DNA of 64,000 nucleotides, from IMG/VR virus record IMGVR_UViG_3300031772_000017. One strand, written 5' to 3'. The number at the start of each line of letters is the position of its first letter. Position 1 is the first letter of the stretch. This DNA comes from an uncultured virus (IMG/VR IMGVR_UViG_3300031772_000017) (taxonomy: Duplodnaviria > Heunggongvirae > Uroviricota > Caudoviricetes). The notes beneath the pieces were generated by a model. That model saw only the letters and a list, made by a program, of their open reading frames with translations. It searched no databases and had not been told where the DNA came from. Shown in pieces: positions 18,814-27,961 of the stretch. The position numbers were made by a program, and so were the translations under genes.

Positions 18814-20370
18814 TTATCTCACACCTTGACTACCGCTTCGTGGGGAGGCTGTGTCCGGCATAGTTGTAAGTGAAGTATAGATGGGTTCTGATTGAAATTT
18901 ATCGTCCGCACCAGACCCTTTTACGTCAATTTTTCGCCCTTTTTTCTCAGGAGTCGGAGTATTGCTCTTTGCTACTGTTGGAATCGCACTTGCGGGCTTT
19001 CCTCCATCCTGCGTCGTTGTGGGTGCTGCTCCATCCTGTGGTTGTGGGGCGGGTGCATTGAACTTCTCTTTGTTCGGCTCATGGGCTCCCTCTTGATTCT
19101 GAGGAAGATTATCCTGCTTTTCACTCTTCCCGTTCTTCTTATCCTTCGCTGCTTGGAACGCTTCCTGCACAATCTTGTTATTGATCCCCTTATGACTTGC
19201 TTGGAATGCCGAAATCCTTCGCTCAGAAGTTTTCTGATGCTTCCCTGGCATCCGTCTATGCTGTCCACAATCACTCGCTCCGTGTTCTCCAGGTCCCAAG
19301 TCCTTCCCGCACTGACTACAGAACGTGTGTTCAAACTTCGCGCCTCCGCTCTCATCAAATGCAATATTGAACGCTTCATCTAAGTCCTTGCGTCGGGGTT
19401 CCTCGTACTTCCTAGATTTCTTTCTCACATGCTTGATGAACTTCGCTGGGTCTTTCCTCTGTTGGTTCATATAGAACGTGCGACGAGTGGATGCTTCTTC
19501 CAGCTTTCTATTTACAGTCGCTCGCGCCACAGAATGTGCTCCCCATTTTGACTGTTTTTCTCCTATTTTCTCCGCTTCATGGGGCTCTGAAGCATGAGGC
19601 ATATGGAAATCTCGGTCCTTTTGATCGATTACATGCCACTTTTGGGAGTTTGTTCCAAAGACAATCTTATGTCCTTTAGCTTTTGCATCCTGAATCGCTT
19701 GCTGGAATGACATACCAGGTGAAGAGGATTCCCCCAGTTGACTAAATGACTTACTCTCTCGTCCTGTAATCACAGTCTTATGAGCCGCAGACGTTTCCCT
19801 TGCATTTGCTGTGCTGTTTGTTTGTCGTGTCAAATTCTTCTTCTGTTTCTCCGCTTGATCCACAGGGGGTCTCTTTGGAGTCGCAAGCCGTTCATGATGA
19901 GATTGTTCTTCGCGGGGTGTCAAGGATTCTTTGATACCTGCAATAAATTTCTCAGGATGCTTGGTGCGGTACTTGGAGAACTTCTTATAATCAAACTTCT
20001 TCTTCGTTATACCTACACGGCGACGTTCAGCGGCCGTAGCATTGTAAAAGGACGTATTCCTTTTCTCTTCTTCCAGTCCAGCTTTATCCAATTTCATGTA
20101 ATAGTCTGGACGCTCTCCCAAGTGATCTAATGCAATCTCACGGGCTACGTCGAGCTTTGACGTGTGTTCCTGCTCAATCTTGATACCCCTTGCTAATTGA
20201 TCGTGAATATGTGAAACTGGCACATTATATTTCTTCGCAAGCGATTCAGGAGAATGAGTGGGTTTATCTAAAAGATTTTCTGACAGCAATGCCTTCTCGC
20301 GGTACGCATTGAAGATGGACTCCCTGATCGGAACGGTGAGTTCTTCTGCTAGTTGCTTAAAGCGTTTCAT
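18814..20370 (-). CDS. modular Lys/His-rich protein, candidate processed head internal protein (DUF5661-like module, Zn ribbon)
   Basis: Start MKRFKQLAEE; GIKIEQEHT..AREIALDHL.ERPDYY module; FCSQCGK; multiple L/I-x-E boundaries. Confidence 0.75.
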   Translation of the reverse strand: MKRFKQLAEELTVPIRESIFNAYREKALLSENLLDKPTHSPESLAKKYNVPVSHIHDQLARGIKIEQEHTSKLDVAREIALDHLGERPDYYMKLDKAGLEEEKRNTSFYNATAAERRRVGITKKKFDYKKFSKYRTKHPEKFIAGIKESLTPREEQSHHERLATPKRPPVDQAEKQKKNLTRQTNSTANARETSAAHKTVITGRESKSFSQLGESSSPGMSFQQAIQDAKAKGHKIVFGTNSQKWHVIDQKDRDFHMPHASEPHEAEKIGEKQSKWGAHSVARATVNRKLEEASTRRTFYMNQQRKDPAKFIKHVRKKSRKYEEPRRKDLDEAFNIAFDESGGAKFEHTFCSQCGKDLGPGEHGASDCGQHRRMPGKHQKTSERRISAFQASHKGINNKIVQEAFQAAKDKKNGKSEKQDNLPQNQEGAHEPNKEKFNAPAPQPQDGAAPTTTQDGGKPASAIPTVAKSNTPTPEKKGRKIDVKGSGADDKFQSEPIYTSLTTMPDTASPRSGSQGVR

Positions 20371-20371
20371 A

Positions 20372-23300
20372 TTACCCCTTCTTTTCTCCAAGCACTCGTC
20401 GAATAGTGTTATAGGTCTCGGAATGTGCTTCATGAAGCTCAGTGTCATAATGAGGAACATTAGAACCCGATCCATACGTCAAGTGCTTCTTGATCGCACG
20501 ATGCACTTGAATAGCAGTCCTACCACCCAGATCATTGAGATGGACTTTTCCACCTTCATGGTGTGCAATTCCACTTCCACCCAACCAGTTTCCATGTAGT
20601 GTCTTTCCGTCCGTGGACAGCTTCTTGCTGGATGCTGACTGCTTGTTCAAGAATGCTTTAATGACTTTATGGGAACCTGCACCGATAGTCATTTCGTCGA
20701 GTTGTTCAGCTTCTTCATGGAACTTATATGTAGGAGCGTATGCAGTTCCGCGTCGTCCTTCCGGTCCAACAGCATCAAGTCTATTGTGCTTTCTTGTAAT
20801 GAATCCACCCACTTTATCTGCTTTCGCATATTCTTGTTTCATCTTAGCTTGTGCCTGATTATGATGAGGACCGCTGACTGCTTGGCGCTGATATTCGTCG
20901 CCTCGTTCGATTCTCGCATCATGCACCTTATGAGCAAGACCCAATGAGATTTCGTCGAGTTGTTCGGCCTCTTGCAACTTAGCAAGATGCTTCTTATGTA
21001 CAGTAATCAATCCCTTGAATCCCGCCTTAGGTCCCGACCACATTCCTGGGTTGTCCTTTAATGCTTTCTCTGCATCAGCAATACTCTTCCGAGACGATGC
21101 TGCATTGATGAATTTATGATCTCCCTCATCAAGTTGTTCCACTTCCTCTGATACACCCTTCTTATGTGCGGAGAACTTCTTCATCGCTTCTCCGTGTGTT
21201 CGTGCAGTGTCCCAAAAGTGCTTTCCTTGTTTGAATCCCTTAATATGGTAAACTCCATGCTCCTTATTCATATGGAAATGCGTGTTATCATCAACATGAT
21301 GTGACAACTTTGCACCCACCGCAAAGTCATACGCATCATAGGGCTTGCGTTCTTCTTCTAGCTTCCCTGCGGCACGGTGAATACCTTCAATACGCTTATC
21401 CCCCTTATGGAATGCCCTTTTAGCACGGCCGCCATATCGTGCAGATCGTGAGGAACCCTGGAGTATTTTGAGGCGCTCCGCTTCAATAGCATCATGTCCC
21501 ACACGCTCTTGCTGACGAAGATCGTATGCCGCTTTTCCGAGGTAATTCCTCAATGTACTCTTCTTGAGTTCGTTGAGTTGTTCCACTTCTTCTGAGTAAT
21601 GGTGTGCTGCGGTCGCTAGAGGCCACAACTTCTGATGCAAACGATACGATGCTTCATGGTGCTTATTGTGTCCATGCTTCTTGAGTTCGTCGGCATAGAA
21701 CTTCGCTTCAGACTTATCCGCTTCTGTCCCAAAGTGCTTCGCAAGATGCACGATGTTTGCCGTGTGTCGGTTCATCGATTCATTGCGCTTATACGTGCCC
21801 ATGAATGTTTCGTCGAGTTGTTCTGCTTCAGTCAAAGGAAGTGATGGGGTTGATTGTGCGTGTGTGGCGCCAGCATGTAATCGTCCATTTTTCTTAACCG
21901 CAAACTTTGTGTGTTTCAACCAATCAGCATCCGTTTCGTGATGTGGCTTATGGGATTGACCATTGGGCATGGGCTTTTCGGCCCATTGCGGCACATGTTC
22001 TTTGGTATATCGGTGCACATACGCATTCAATACATGGCGCTGATCGTCTGGGTGCAGAAGATGTCCTGATTTATATTCAACAGTTTCGTCGAGTTGTTCG
22101 GACTCTTCCAACTTCTCTACCGCATGTCTGATACCCTTGGTGCGCTTAAAACTTTTCTCTTGGTACTTCTCTGCTTCTTTATCATTCCCAACCATCCTCA
22201 TGTTACCTGATTTCACCATAAGGAGGTCCTTATTTCTCGCGGCACCACGTACATAACTTCCAAGTGTCGCTTTACTGAGTTCGTCGAGTTGTTCACTTCC
22301 TTCACGTACTGTCACATGCTTACGAGTACCCACAACGATTCTGTTTCCCCCAAAAACTTCTCCCTTTCCGACATTCACATGGACTTGACTGCCTTCAATC
22401 TTATGCACAGTGCCTTCGTGTCCTGCTCCACCCTTTTGTCCTAGTCCTAAATGAACTTTATCCCCCACTTGAAGGTCCTTATTTCTTGCGGCACCCCGTA
22501 CATAACTTCCGAGTGTATTTTTACTAAGTTCATCAATCTGTTCAACTTCTTCAGTAACTTTCTTCGTACCACACACTGGGCACGTCATACTTCCTTTTGT
22601 GAAAACACGCACTCTTCCACACTTCCCACAATGCTGTAAGTGCCCCTGTTCAAGTTCCTTTTCTCCCTTTGGATCATCCGTCAAGTGTGCAGGAAGTCGG
22701 CTTGTCATAGCAGTTTCATAGTTGTACTTAGACTCTGCGAGTTTCTTCGCTCTCGCTGTTGCAGTTGCATACATCATATTGTCGTATTTGTAGTTTTCTT
22801 CTAATTTTCTAAGATATTTATTGATAGTATAGCGGCCTTTTTGCGCTCCACCCAACTCTAGTTGCTTTTTGGTTTCTTTCGCGTCAGCCGCGGTCGCATG
22901 GATTGAATGAGCAACCCTCTTCTGTTCATCATACACGTGGTGCACGACGATCTTTCTAGATTCGGAGAGTTCCTTCGCTCTCGCTGTTGCAGTCGCATAC
23001 ATCACATTCTTGGCACGTTCACCATAATGTGACTTGAAACTCTTGATAGACTTCTTCATACCATGGACGATATCTTCCTTCTTCTCTGACTCAGCGGGAG
23101 TCAAAGTCTTTTCCTGCAACAGTGATTTTTCATTCATCAATACACTCTTCACTGCTTCACTCATGAGTGTCGGTTTCTTTGTCACCGTAATCTCTGGGTG
23201 GTAGTCGTGAGCTTGCACCAACATTTTCTTATATTCAGTTGGGTCCAAATGAGTTGCGGTCCGAAGCGTATCAATCTTCTTACCATGCAAATGCACATCA

Positions 23301-24673
23301 TACACATGTGGATAATTCTGCATTTTGGATTCTTCCAAGGATTTCTCCTTCTTCTCAACGCGAACTTTCGACCACAGGTGCATGGGGATTCCTTCGGGGT
23401 GCGAGTGGCTGCCCACGCTGACAGTTTTCTGCATGGCTTCGGACCTGTCCTTAGCTTCTACTTCGTGTTTGTTGCCTAAGTGATCCGTAACATTCCAAAC
23501 ATGCTCTGAAACAAACTGTGCGTTTTCGTGTTGCTTAATCCTTTGATCGCTCCATCCCATTTTCTTGAGATGTCTGCGGGATTCCTCTTTGTCCATCCCA
23601 CCCATCACGCCCACCATAGCATCGGGCATTCTAAGGGTTTTCTTGGCAATCTGTGTCTGGTGATAATCGAATACGTTTTTTCCTTCTCCTAGCATCGCGT
23701 CCTCCACTTTCTCTGGTAAAAATCCTTGTCTATTCTCAGGGCTGTGAGGAAATAATCTCTTCAACCATTTGCTCTTATTGGTGTCAGGGTGATGCTCCTT
23801 CTTCCCGTCCTTCTCCGCTCTCTTTACTGGGGCAGTTTCCTTGCTCTCATCCTCTTTTTCCGTGATGTGGTGTTTCTTTGCAAATGCTAGTGTGGCCGCT
23901 TTACGTGAGTTGAAAAGTTCATCATAACTTGCTGTATGCTCCGGCTCTGTCACCTTCGTCACTGGCACTTCTTTAGCAGCAGTTCTTTTCACCCCCAAAT
24001 GAAGCGTCATCTGACGGGTTTCCTTCAACTGTTCCTCTTGGTGTCTCTTATCTACTTCAGCTTTCGCCCGTTCATATCCCAAATGAGGACCCGGTCCTTT
24101 TCCTATCGTCGCACATTTTACTGCCGCAGTTCCTTGATTGCGATATACTTCAAAGTGTCCTTTAGGGTGTGAACGAACAGTATAATTACCTTTTTCATAA
24201 AGTATATTCTCTGTGATAGATTCTTCCTTCAACTGATCCTCTTTAGACGCATCCGGCACAGTCAACTTCACAGACACGGCTTTGCTACCATGTCTCTTCT
24301 CGATCTTCTTATGAGCCTCAGACTCGGATTTTGCAGTCACATATTGACCCTGGTGACTACCCCCCATGTGATAGAAGTAGGATTCTTCGTCTAATTTTCC
24401 AGGATGAATGTCCTTAATATGCTGATTTACGCGAGCGATTTCTTCCGGCGACAACGTGGGATTATTGAACTGAACATGGTGAGGAGACACGACATGGTTA
24501 TAGCGAATAGGAGTGACTTTCGTACCATGCAGGACATCGTGATTACCATGAAAGGAGTGCGGAACGACATACGTTTTTCCGTTAATCGTACCCGTATAAT
24601 GTACGTCCGTTTTCGTGGCGCGTTGAAACTTCGGTACAAATTCTTCGTTACGCATTTGCTTAAAAGACTTCAT
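20372..24673 (-). CDS. 1433-aa modular His/Lys-rich protein with repeated EQLDE linkers, candidate head-packaged polyprotein
   Basis: Uninterrupted ORF; AGGAG RBS; start MKSFKQMRNEE; eight EQ(L/I)(D/N)E motifs plus many LxE sites between dissimilar modules. Confidence 0.85.
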   Translation of the reverse strand: MKSFKQMRNEEFVPKFQRATKTDVHYTGTINGKTYVVPHSFHGNHDVLHGTKVTPIRYNHVVSPHHVQFNNPTLSPEEIARVNQHIKDIHPGKLDEESYFYHMGGSHQGQYVTAKSESEAHKKIEKRHGSKAVSVKLTVPDASKEDQLKEESITENILYEKGNYTVRSHPKGHFEVYRNQGTAAVKCATIGKGPGPHLGYERAKAEVDKRHQEEQLKETRQMTLHLGVKRTAAKEVPVTKVTEPEHTASYDELFNSRKAATLAFAKKHHITEKEDESKETAPVKRAEKDGKKEHHPDTNKSKWLKRLFPHSPENRQGFLPEKVEDAMLGEGKNVFDYHQTQIAKKTLRMPDAMVGVMGGMDKEESRRHLKKMGWSDQRIKQHENAQFVSEHVWNVTDHLGNKHEVEAKDRSEAMQKTVSVGSHSHPEGIPMHLWSKVRVEKKEKSLEESKMQNYPHVYDVHLHGKKIDTLRTATHLDPTEYKKMLVQAHDYHPEITVTKKPTLMSEAVKSVLMNEKSLLQEKTLTPAESEKKEDIVHGMKKSIKSFKSHYGERAKNVMYATATARAKELSESRKIVVHHVYDEQKRVAHSIHATAADAKETKKQLELGGAQKGRYTINKYLRKLEENYKYDNMMYATATARAKKLAESKYNYETAMTSRLPAHLTDDPKGEKELEQGHLQHCGKCGRVRVFTKGSMTCPVCGTKKVTEEVEQIDELSKNTLGSYVRGAARNKDLQVGDKVHLGLGQKGGAGHEGTVHKIEGSQVHVNVGKGEVFGGNRIVVGTRKHVTVREGSEQLDELSKATLGSYVRGAARNKDLLMVKSGNMRMVGNDKEAEKYQEKSFKRTKGIRHAVEKLEESEQLDETVEYKSGHLLHPDDQRHVLNAYVHRYTKEHVPQWAEKPMPNGQSHKPHHETDADWLKHTKFAVKKNGRLHAGATHAQSTPSLPLTEAEQLDETFMGTYKRNESMNRHTANIVHLAKHFGTEADKSEAKFYADELKKHGHNKHHEASYRLHQKLWPLATAAHHYSEEVEQLNELKKSTLRNYLGKAAYDLRQQERVGHDAIEAERLKILQGSSRSARYGGRAKRAFHKGDKRIEGIHRAAGKLEEERKPYDAYDFAVGAKLSHHVDDNTHFHMNKEHGVYHIKGFKQGKHFWDTARTHGEAMKKFSAHKKGVSEEVEQLDEGDHKFINAASSRKSIADAEKALKDNPGMWSGPKAGFKGLITVHKKHLAKLQEAEQLDEISLGLAHKVHDARIERGDEYQRQAVSGPHHNQAQAKMKQEYAKADKVGGFITRKHNRLDAVGPEGRRGTAYAPTYKFHEEAEQLDEMTIGAGSHKVIKAFLNKQSASSKKLSTDGKTLHGNWLGGSGIAHHEGGKVHLNDLGGRTAIQVHRAIKKHLTYGSGSNVPHYDTELHEAHSETYNTIRRVLGEKKG
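20693..22543. repeat. dispersed in-frame 15-bp repeat TTCGTCGAGTTGTTC (encodes EQLDE on the minus strand)
   Basis: Identical copies at 20693, 20951, 21809, 22085 and 22280; variants at 21125, 21569 and 22529. All spacings (258, 174, 444, 240, 276, 195, 249) are multiples of 3. Confidence 0.9.
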
Positions 24674-24681
24674 GACTCTCC

Positions 24682-26445
24682 TTATTTGATATCTGACTTA
24701 AATTTCTTCAACGTTTTCTTAGGTCCGGCAGTCGCCTTTCCATTATTCGTCGTGTCCTGTGTTTCTGAAGGGCTGCCTCCGAGAATAGGCGCTCCACCTT
24801 CCATGCTATCCACGACTGGCTCACTCTCCGCAAGCAAGCGTGATCGGAAGAGTCGGAAGTCAATGGGACCATGAGGAAGCGAAGCATCTGTATCAAACAG
24901 TTGCTCAAAATCCTCATTGAGCTTCTTCTTTGCGGACTTCTTCTCGTCCTTCTTCTCAGGAAGCGGCTTCAATGCTTTCTCTTTTTCAATCAACCGATCA
25001 TGCACAGTCAAGTGACTGACACGACCAGCTTTTCCATAACGTCCCTTACCATAATACTGCAATCCAAGCTTCTGTGCGTCTTCCTTCGCTTGCGAATCGG
25101 CTGGTGGAGGAGCAACTTTTGCTTGTTGTTTCTTGTTCCCCACAGGGGCTTTTGCAATCTTGCTCAAGTGCTTATGAATCCAGATCGCGGCATTCTCCGA
25201 TTTCGGAGGTGTCTGGGTGAACTTCTTCACCGTCTTGTGCAAGTCGTCTAATTCTGCTGTTTTCTGTCCTGCAACGTCAGGGTCCGCATTCTGTCTCAAG
25301 TCCTCATCATTATTGAATTCGTGATAGTGTTCTCCACCGAATTCCTTTGCGAGCTTCACGCGAGAATCCTGTGCTTTGCGCCACTTTTCTGCACGAAGCT
25401 TCTCAGGAATGACACGTCCACCCCTTTGTCCTCGTTCAACGTTACGATTGCGGCTCACATTGTCGGAAGCGTCCACGAATACCATCTTACTGTCGTAACC
25501 CAACGCTTCCAGCTTATCTTTGATCTTCTTAATATGTGCGTGATCTGCGGAAGTACTGTTAATAATCAATCCGTTACGTCCATGAATCGCTAAGCGTTGG
25601 CGTAAATCCTGAAGGGACTTTGCTTTCTGACGATGTACATTGCGTCGTTCCTGTTCACTTTCCGGCATCTTCTTGTCAAGATGTTCTTTCGTCGTCAAGT
25701 GATCCAATGCTGTATCAGAGTTGATCTCCGTCAATCCATGTCCGTCAAGAGCTTTCTTGAGGACAATATCCTTACCAGAACCTGGGGCTCCTGCAAGGAA
25801 CACCGCTTTGAAAATTCCTGCATCATTGACGTGTTCTGTGAGCAATTCTTCTTCCTTAATTGGTTTTAATTTTTTGATTAAGGCGTCAATCTGTTTTCGT
25901 GTTTCTTTTTGAGCCGGAGAATTAGGGAACTGTCTTAACGCTTTATTCTCCAATTTAGACAATTCTAGTGTACGCCATGAACTTTTCCACGGCTGTCCTT
26001 TCAAAGAGTATTCTTTTTTTTGGAAAAGAGACTCTGCAAAAGTTTCCGCAACATTTTTTCTAAAGGAGTTGGGATATTCTTTCGTTGCCGCCAATGCTTC
26101 AAGTACATTAGCATGGATTATGATAGCGGGAATTGTTGACTCTGCACTAAGATTCAGTAAAGCTAAGAATCTGTGCTGTCCATCTATGATGTAGTGATCC
26201 TGGGACACCAAAATCGGTTCGTCGAGAGCATCGCTTTGTGGTCCCATGAGGTTTCTGATTTTAGACTCGTTGAAGTCCCCCTGAGTAAGAGAGAGGGAGT
26301 CCACCGGAATCTCTGCATAAGTGGAATCAATGTTCTTCTTAAGCCTAAGCCAATGGAGAAAATCGGGGATATCAGAGGATGTGACTTGAGGTAGAGACGA
26401 GCGTTCGATGTTTAGCCCGTTTTGTGGTAAATACAGTGAATTCAT
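24682..26445 (-). CDS. ParB/Srx-like domain fused to a zeta-toxin-like P-loop kinase and C-terminal modules
   Basis: PILVSQDHYIIDGQHR (ParB-like); FKAVFLAGAPGSGKD, EINSD, RNRNVERGQRGGRVIPE (zeta/AAA_33 kinase-like). Confidence 0.8.
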   Translation of the reverse strand: MNSLYLPQNGLNIERSSLPQVTSSDIPDFLHWLRLKKNIDSTYAEIPVDSLSLTQGDFNESKIRNLMGPQSDALDEPILVSQDHYIIDGQHRFLALLNLSAESTIPAIIIHANVLEALAATKEYPNSFRKNVAETFAESLFQKKEYSLKGQPWKSSWRTLELSKLENKALRQFPNSPAQKETRKQIDALIKKLKPIKEEELLTEHVNDAGIFKAVFLAGAPGSGKDIVLKKALDGHGLTEINSDTALDHLTTKEHLDKKMPESEQERRNVHRQKAKSLQDLRQRLAIHGRNGLIINSTSADHAHIKKIKDKLEALGYDSKMVFVDASDNVSRNRNVERGQRGGRVIPEKLRAEKWRKAQDSRVKLAKEFGGEHYHEFNNDEDLRQNADPDVAGQKTAELDDLHKTVKKFTQTPPKSENAAIWIHKHLSKIAKAPVGNKKQQAKVAPPPADSQAKEDAQKLGLQYYGKGRYGKAGRVSHLTVHDRLIEKEKALKPLPEKKDEKKSAKKKLNEDFEQLFDTDASLPHGPIDFRLFRSRLLAESEPVVDSMEGGAPILGGSPSETQDTTNNGKATAGPKKTLKKFKSDIK

Positions 26446-26490
26446 GAATGCTCAACCTCTACAGTTGGTTTTTGAATGTGCGTCTTAGAG

Positions 26491-26498
26491 TATTTATG
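26491..26498 (-). promoter_or_regulatory. putative T4-type late promoter (CATAAATA)
   Basis: One mismatch to the gp55 consensus TATAAATA; intergenic, at the head of the virion-protein block. Confidence 0.6.
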
Positions 26499-27245
26499 TT
26501 ACAGCGGCTTTTGGCAACGGACCCAAATCCACTGGGGGTGTAAGTCATGACACGGTTCAGTGAAGATGTGATCGAATCCCACAAACCCATTATCTTCGAT
26601 GTCCTTCTTGAGGTCTGCGACGTTCTCCACACGGACATCTGGGTTGTCGCTCGCATCAAATCCATGGAAGTAATCAACTGAATGAGTGTGTCCGGGTCCA
26701 AATCCCATCTGAAAACAGAAGAACCCCCCCGGCTTGAGGATTCTGAGAAATTCCTTATATAAGTCCAGTCGCCATTCTCGGCACGAAATGTGCTGCATAC
26801 AAATGACGGAGAAGACAACATCATAAGTGTCATCGGCGACCATAGGCAAGGAATGTCCGTCTGTCAGATACAAATTGGGCACAGGAATGCCTGCGCTCCC
26901 CAAGTTCAGGGGAACTTTTGAGAGAATCCCAGGTGAACGATCTGCCCCGTCGATACGGGCAAAGTAATTCTTGAACTTAATCATGTTGCGACCTGGTCCG
27001 CAACCATACTCAAGAGCGAGCTTATTCTGCATGATGGGGGTGCCGCGGAATAAGAGTTCTTCGTTCTTGTCTGCGTTGTGAGCGTCGTACCATCCCACAA
27101 CAGGCTCCCGATTCTCCAATGACCATCTTGCTGCCTCACGTTCCAGAAGGTTCTGGAAATGATCCCCCGTTTCGGGTACTACAGGAGTCGCACTCACACT
27201 CTGCGTTTCTGTGTTGTATACGAATAACGACATCTTCTCGTCCAT
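26499..27245 (-). CDS. class I SAM-dependent methyltransferase
   Basis: LEYGCGPGR, GAD, YDVVFSVICMQHI, RILKPGG. Confidence 0.88.
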   Translation of the reverse strand: MDEKMSLFVYNTETQSVSATPVVPETGDHFQNLLEREAARWSLENREPVVGWYDAHNADKNEELLFRGTPIMQNKLALEYGCGPGRNMIKFKNYFARIDGADRSPGILSKVPLNLGSAGIPVPNLYLTDGHSLPMVADDTYDVVFSVICMQHISCREWRLDLYKEFLRILKPGGFFCFQMGFGPGHTHSVDYFHGFDASDNPDVRVENVADLKKDIEDNGFVGFDHIFTEPCHDLHPQWIWVRCQKPL

Positions 27246-27248
27246 AAT

Positions 27249-27860
27249 CTAGTCCCTCCAATACGCAATATCGATTTCGGAATTGTCCTCATGCACATAA
27301 TCTACACGCTGCTTGAATCCCGCACCTGCTAGGAACGTGGACATTGACGCGAACGTGTTGTCCACATCAGTTATATAGACAGGCACTTGATACGTGACTT
27401 CGCAACGTCCAGACTTCACATTCTGAATCCAATCTCCCAAGCTCTTGAGTGCGAGCAAGTCATTACCCTGGCAGTCCGTCCACAGAAAATCGATATGATC
27501 GATCCCGTACAGTTCCAACAACTTTGCGAAGTTGATCGTATGGACTACGATCTTTCCAGTCATGCCACGCTGATACTGCCAATGCTTTTTGAGAGCGGTC
27601 TGAAGCAAGTCGGGGTGCAGAGGATAGAGGCTATTGATCCCTCGTTCGTGATCCATGATGTGAAACTCTTTGATCGCATCAGTCGTATCGACGGCAAACG
27701 GCCAGAGCGTCACGCGAGGATCATCTTTGAATCGCTGCACCAACTTCGCAAAGAGGAACGGGTCAGGTTCCGCTGCATATAGTTTATCGGGATTGTGCGC
27801 GCCCAAGAGTTTTGCTGTATCATCTCCATTGTTCGCTCCGATTTCTACCACAATTTTCAT
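27249..27860 (-). CDS. FkbM-family methyltransferase
   Basis: VEIGANNG, AAEPDP, IDFLWTDCQGNDL. Confidence 0.85.
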   Translation of the reverse strand: MKIVVEIGANNGDDTAKLLGAHNPDKLYAAEPDPFLFAKLVQRFKDDPRVTLWPFAVDTTDAIKEFHIMDHERGINSLYPLHPDLLQTALKKHWQYQRGMTGKIVVHTINFAKLLELYGIDHIDFLWTDCQGNDLLALKSLGDWIQNVKSGRCEVTYQVPVYITDVDNTFASMSTFLAGAGFKQRVDYVHEDNSEIDIAYWRD

Positions 27861-27961
27861 AATATCTCCTAATCGTTCCGCGTTTGGTTGATTGCTTCAG
27901 CACACAGTCGAGTTAATTCCTCGGTGTCGTGCAGCAAGAAGAATCTCAGCGTTGAGGTCCA

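Noticed and set aside
20693..22543. CRISPR-like array (short repeat with variable spacers)
   Set aside because: The repeat is only 15 bp, the periods are 174-444 bp, all in frame within one ORF, and no cas genes are present.
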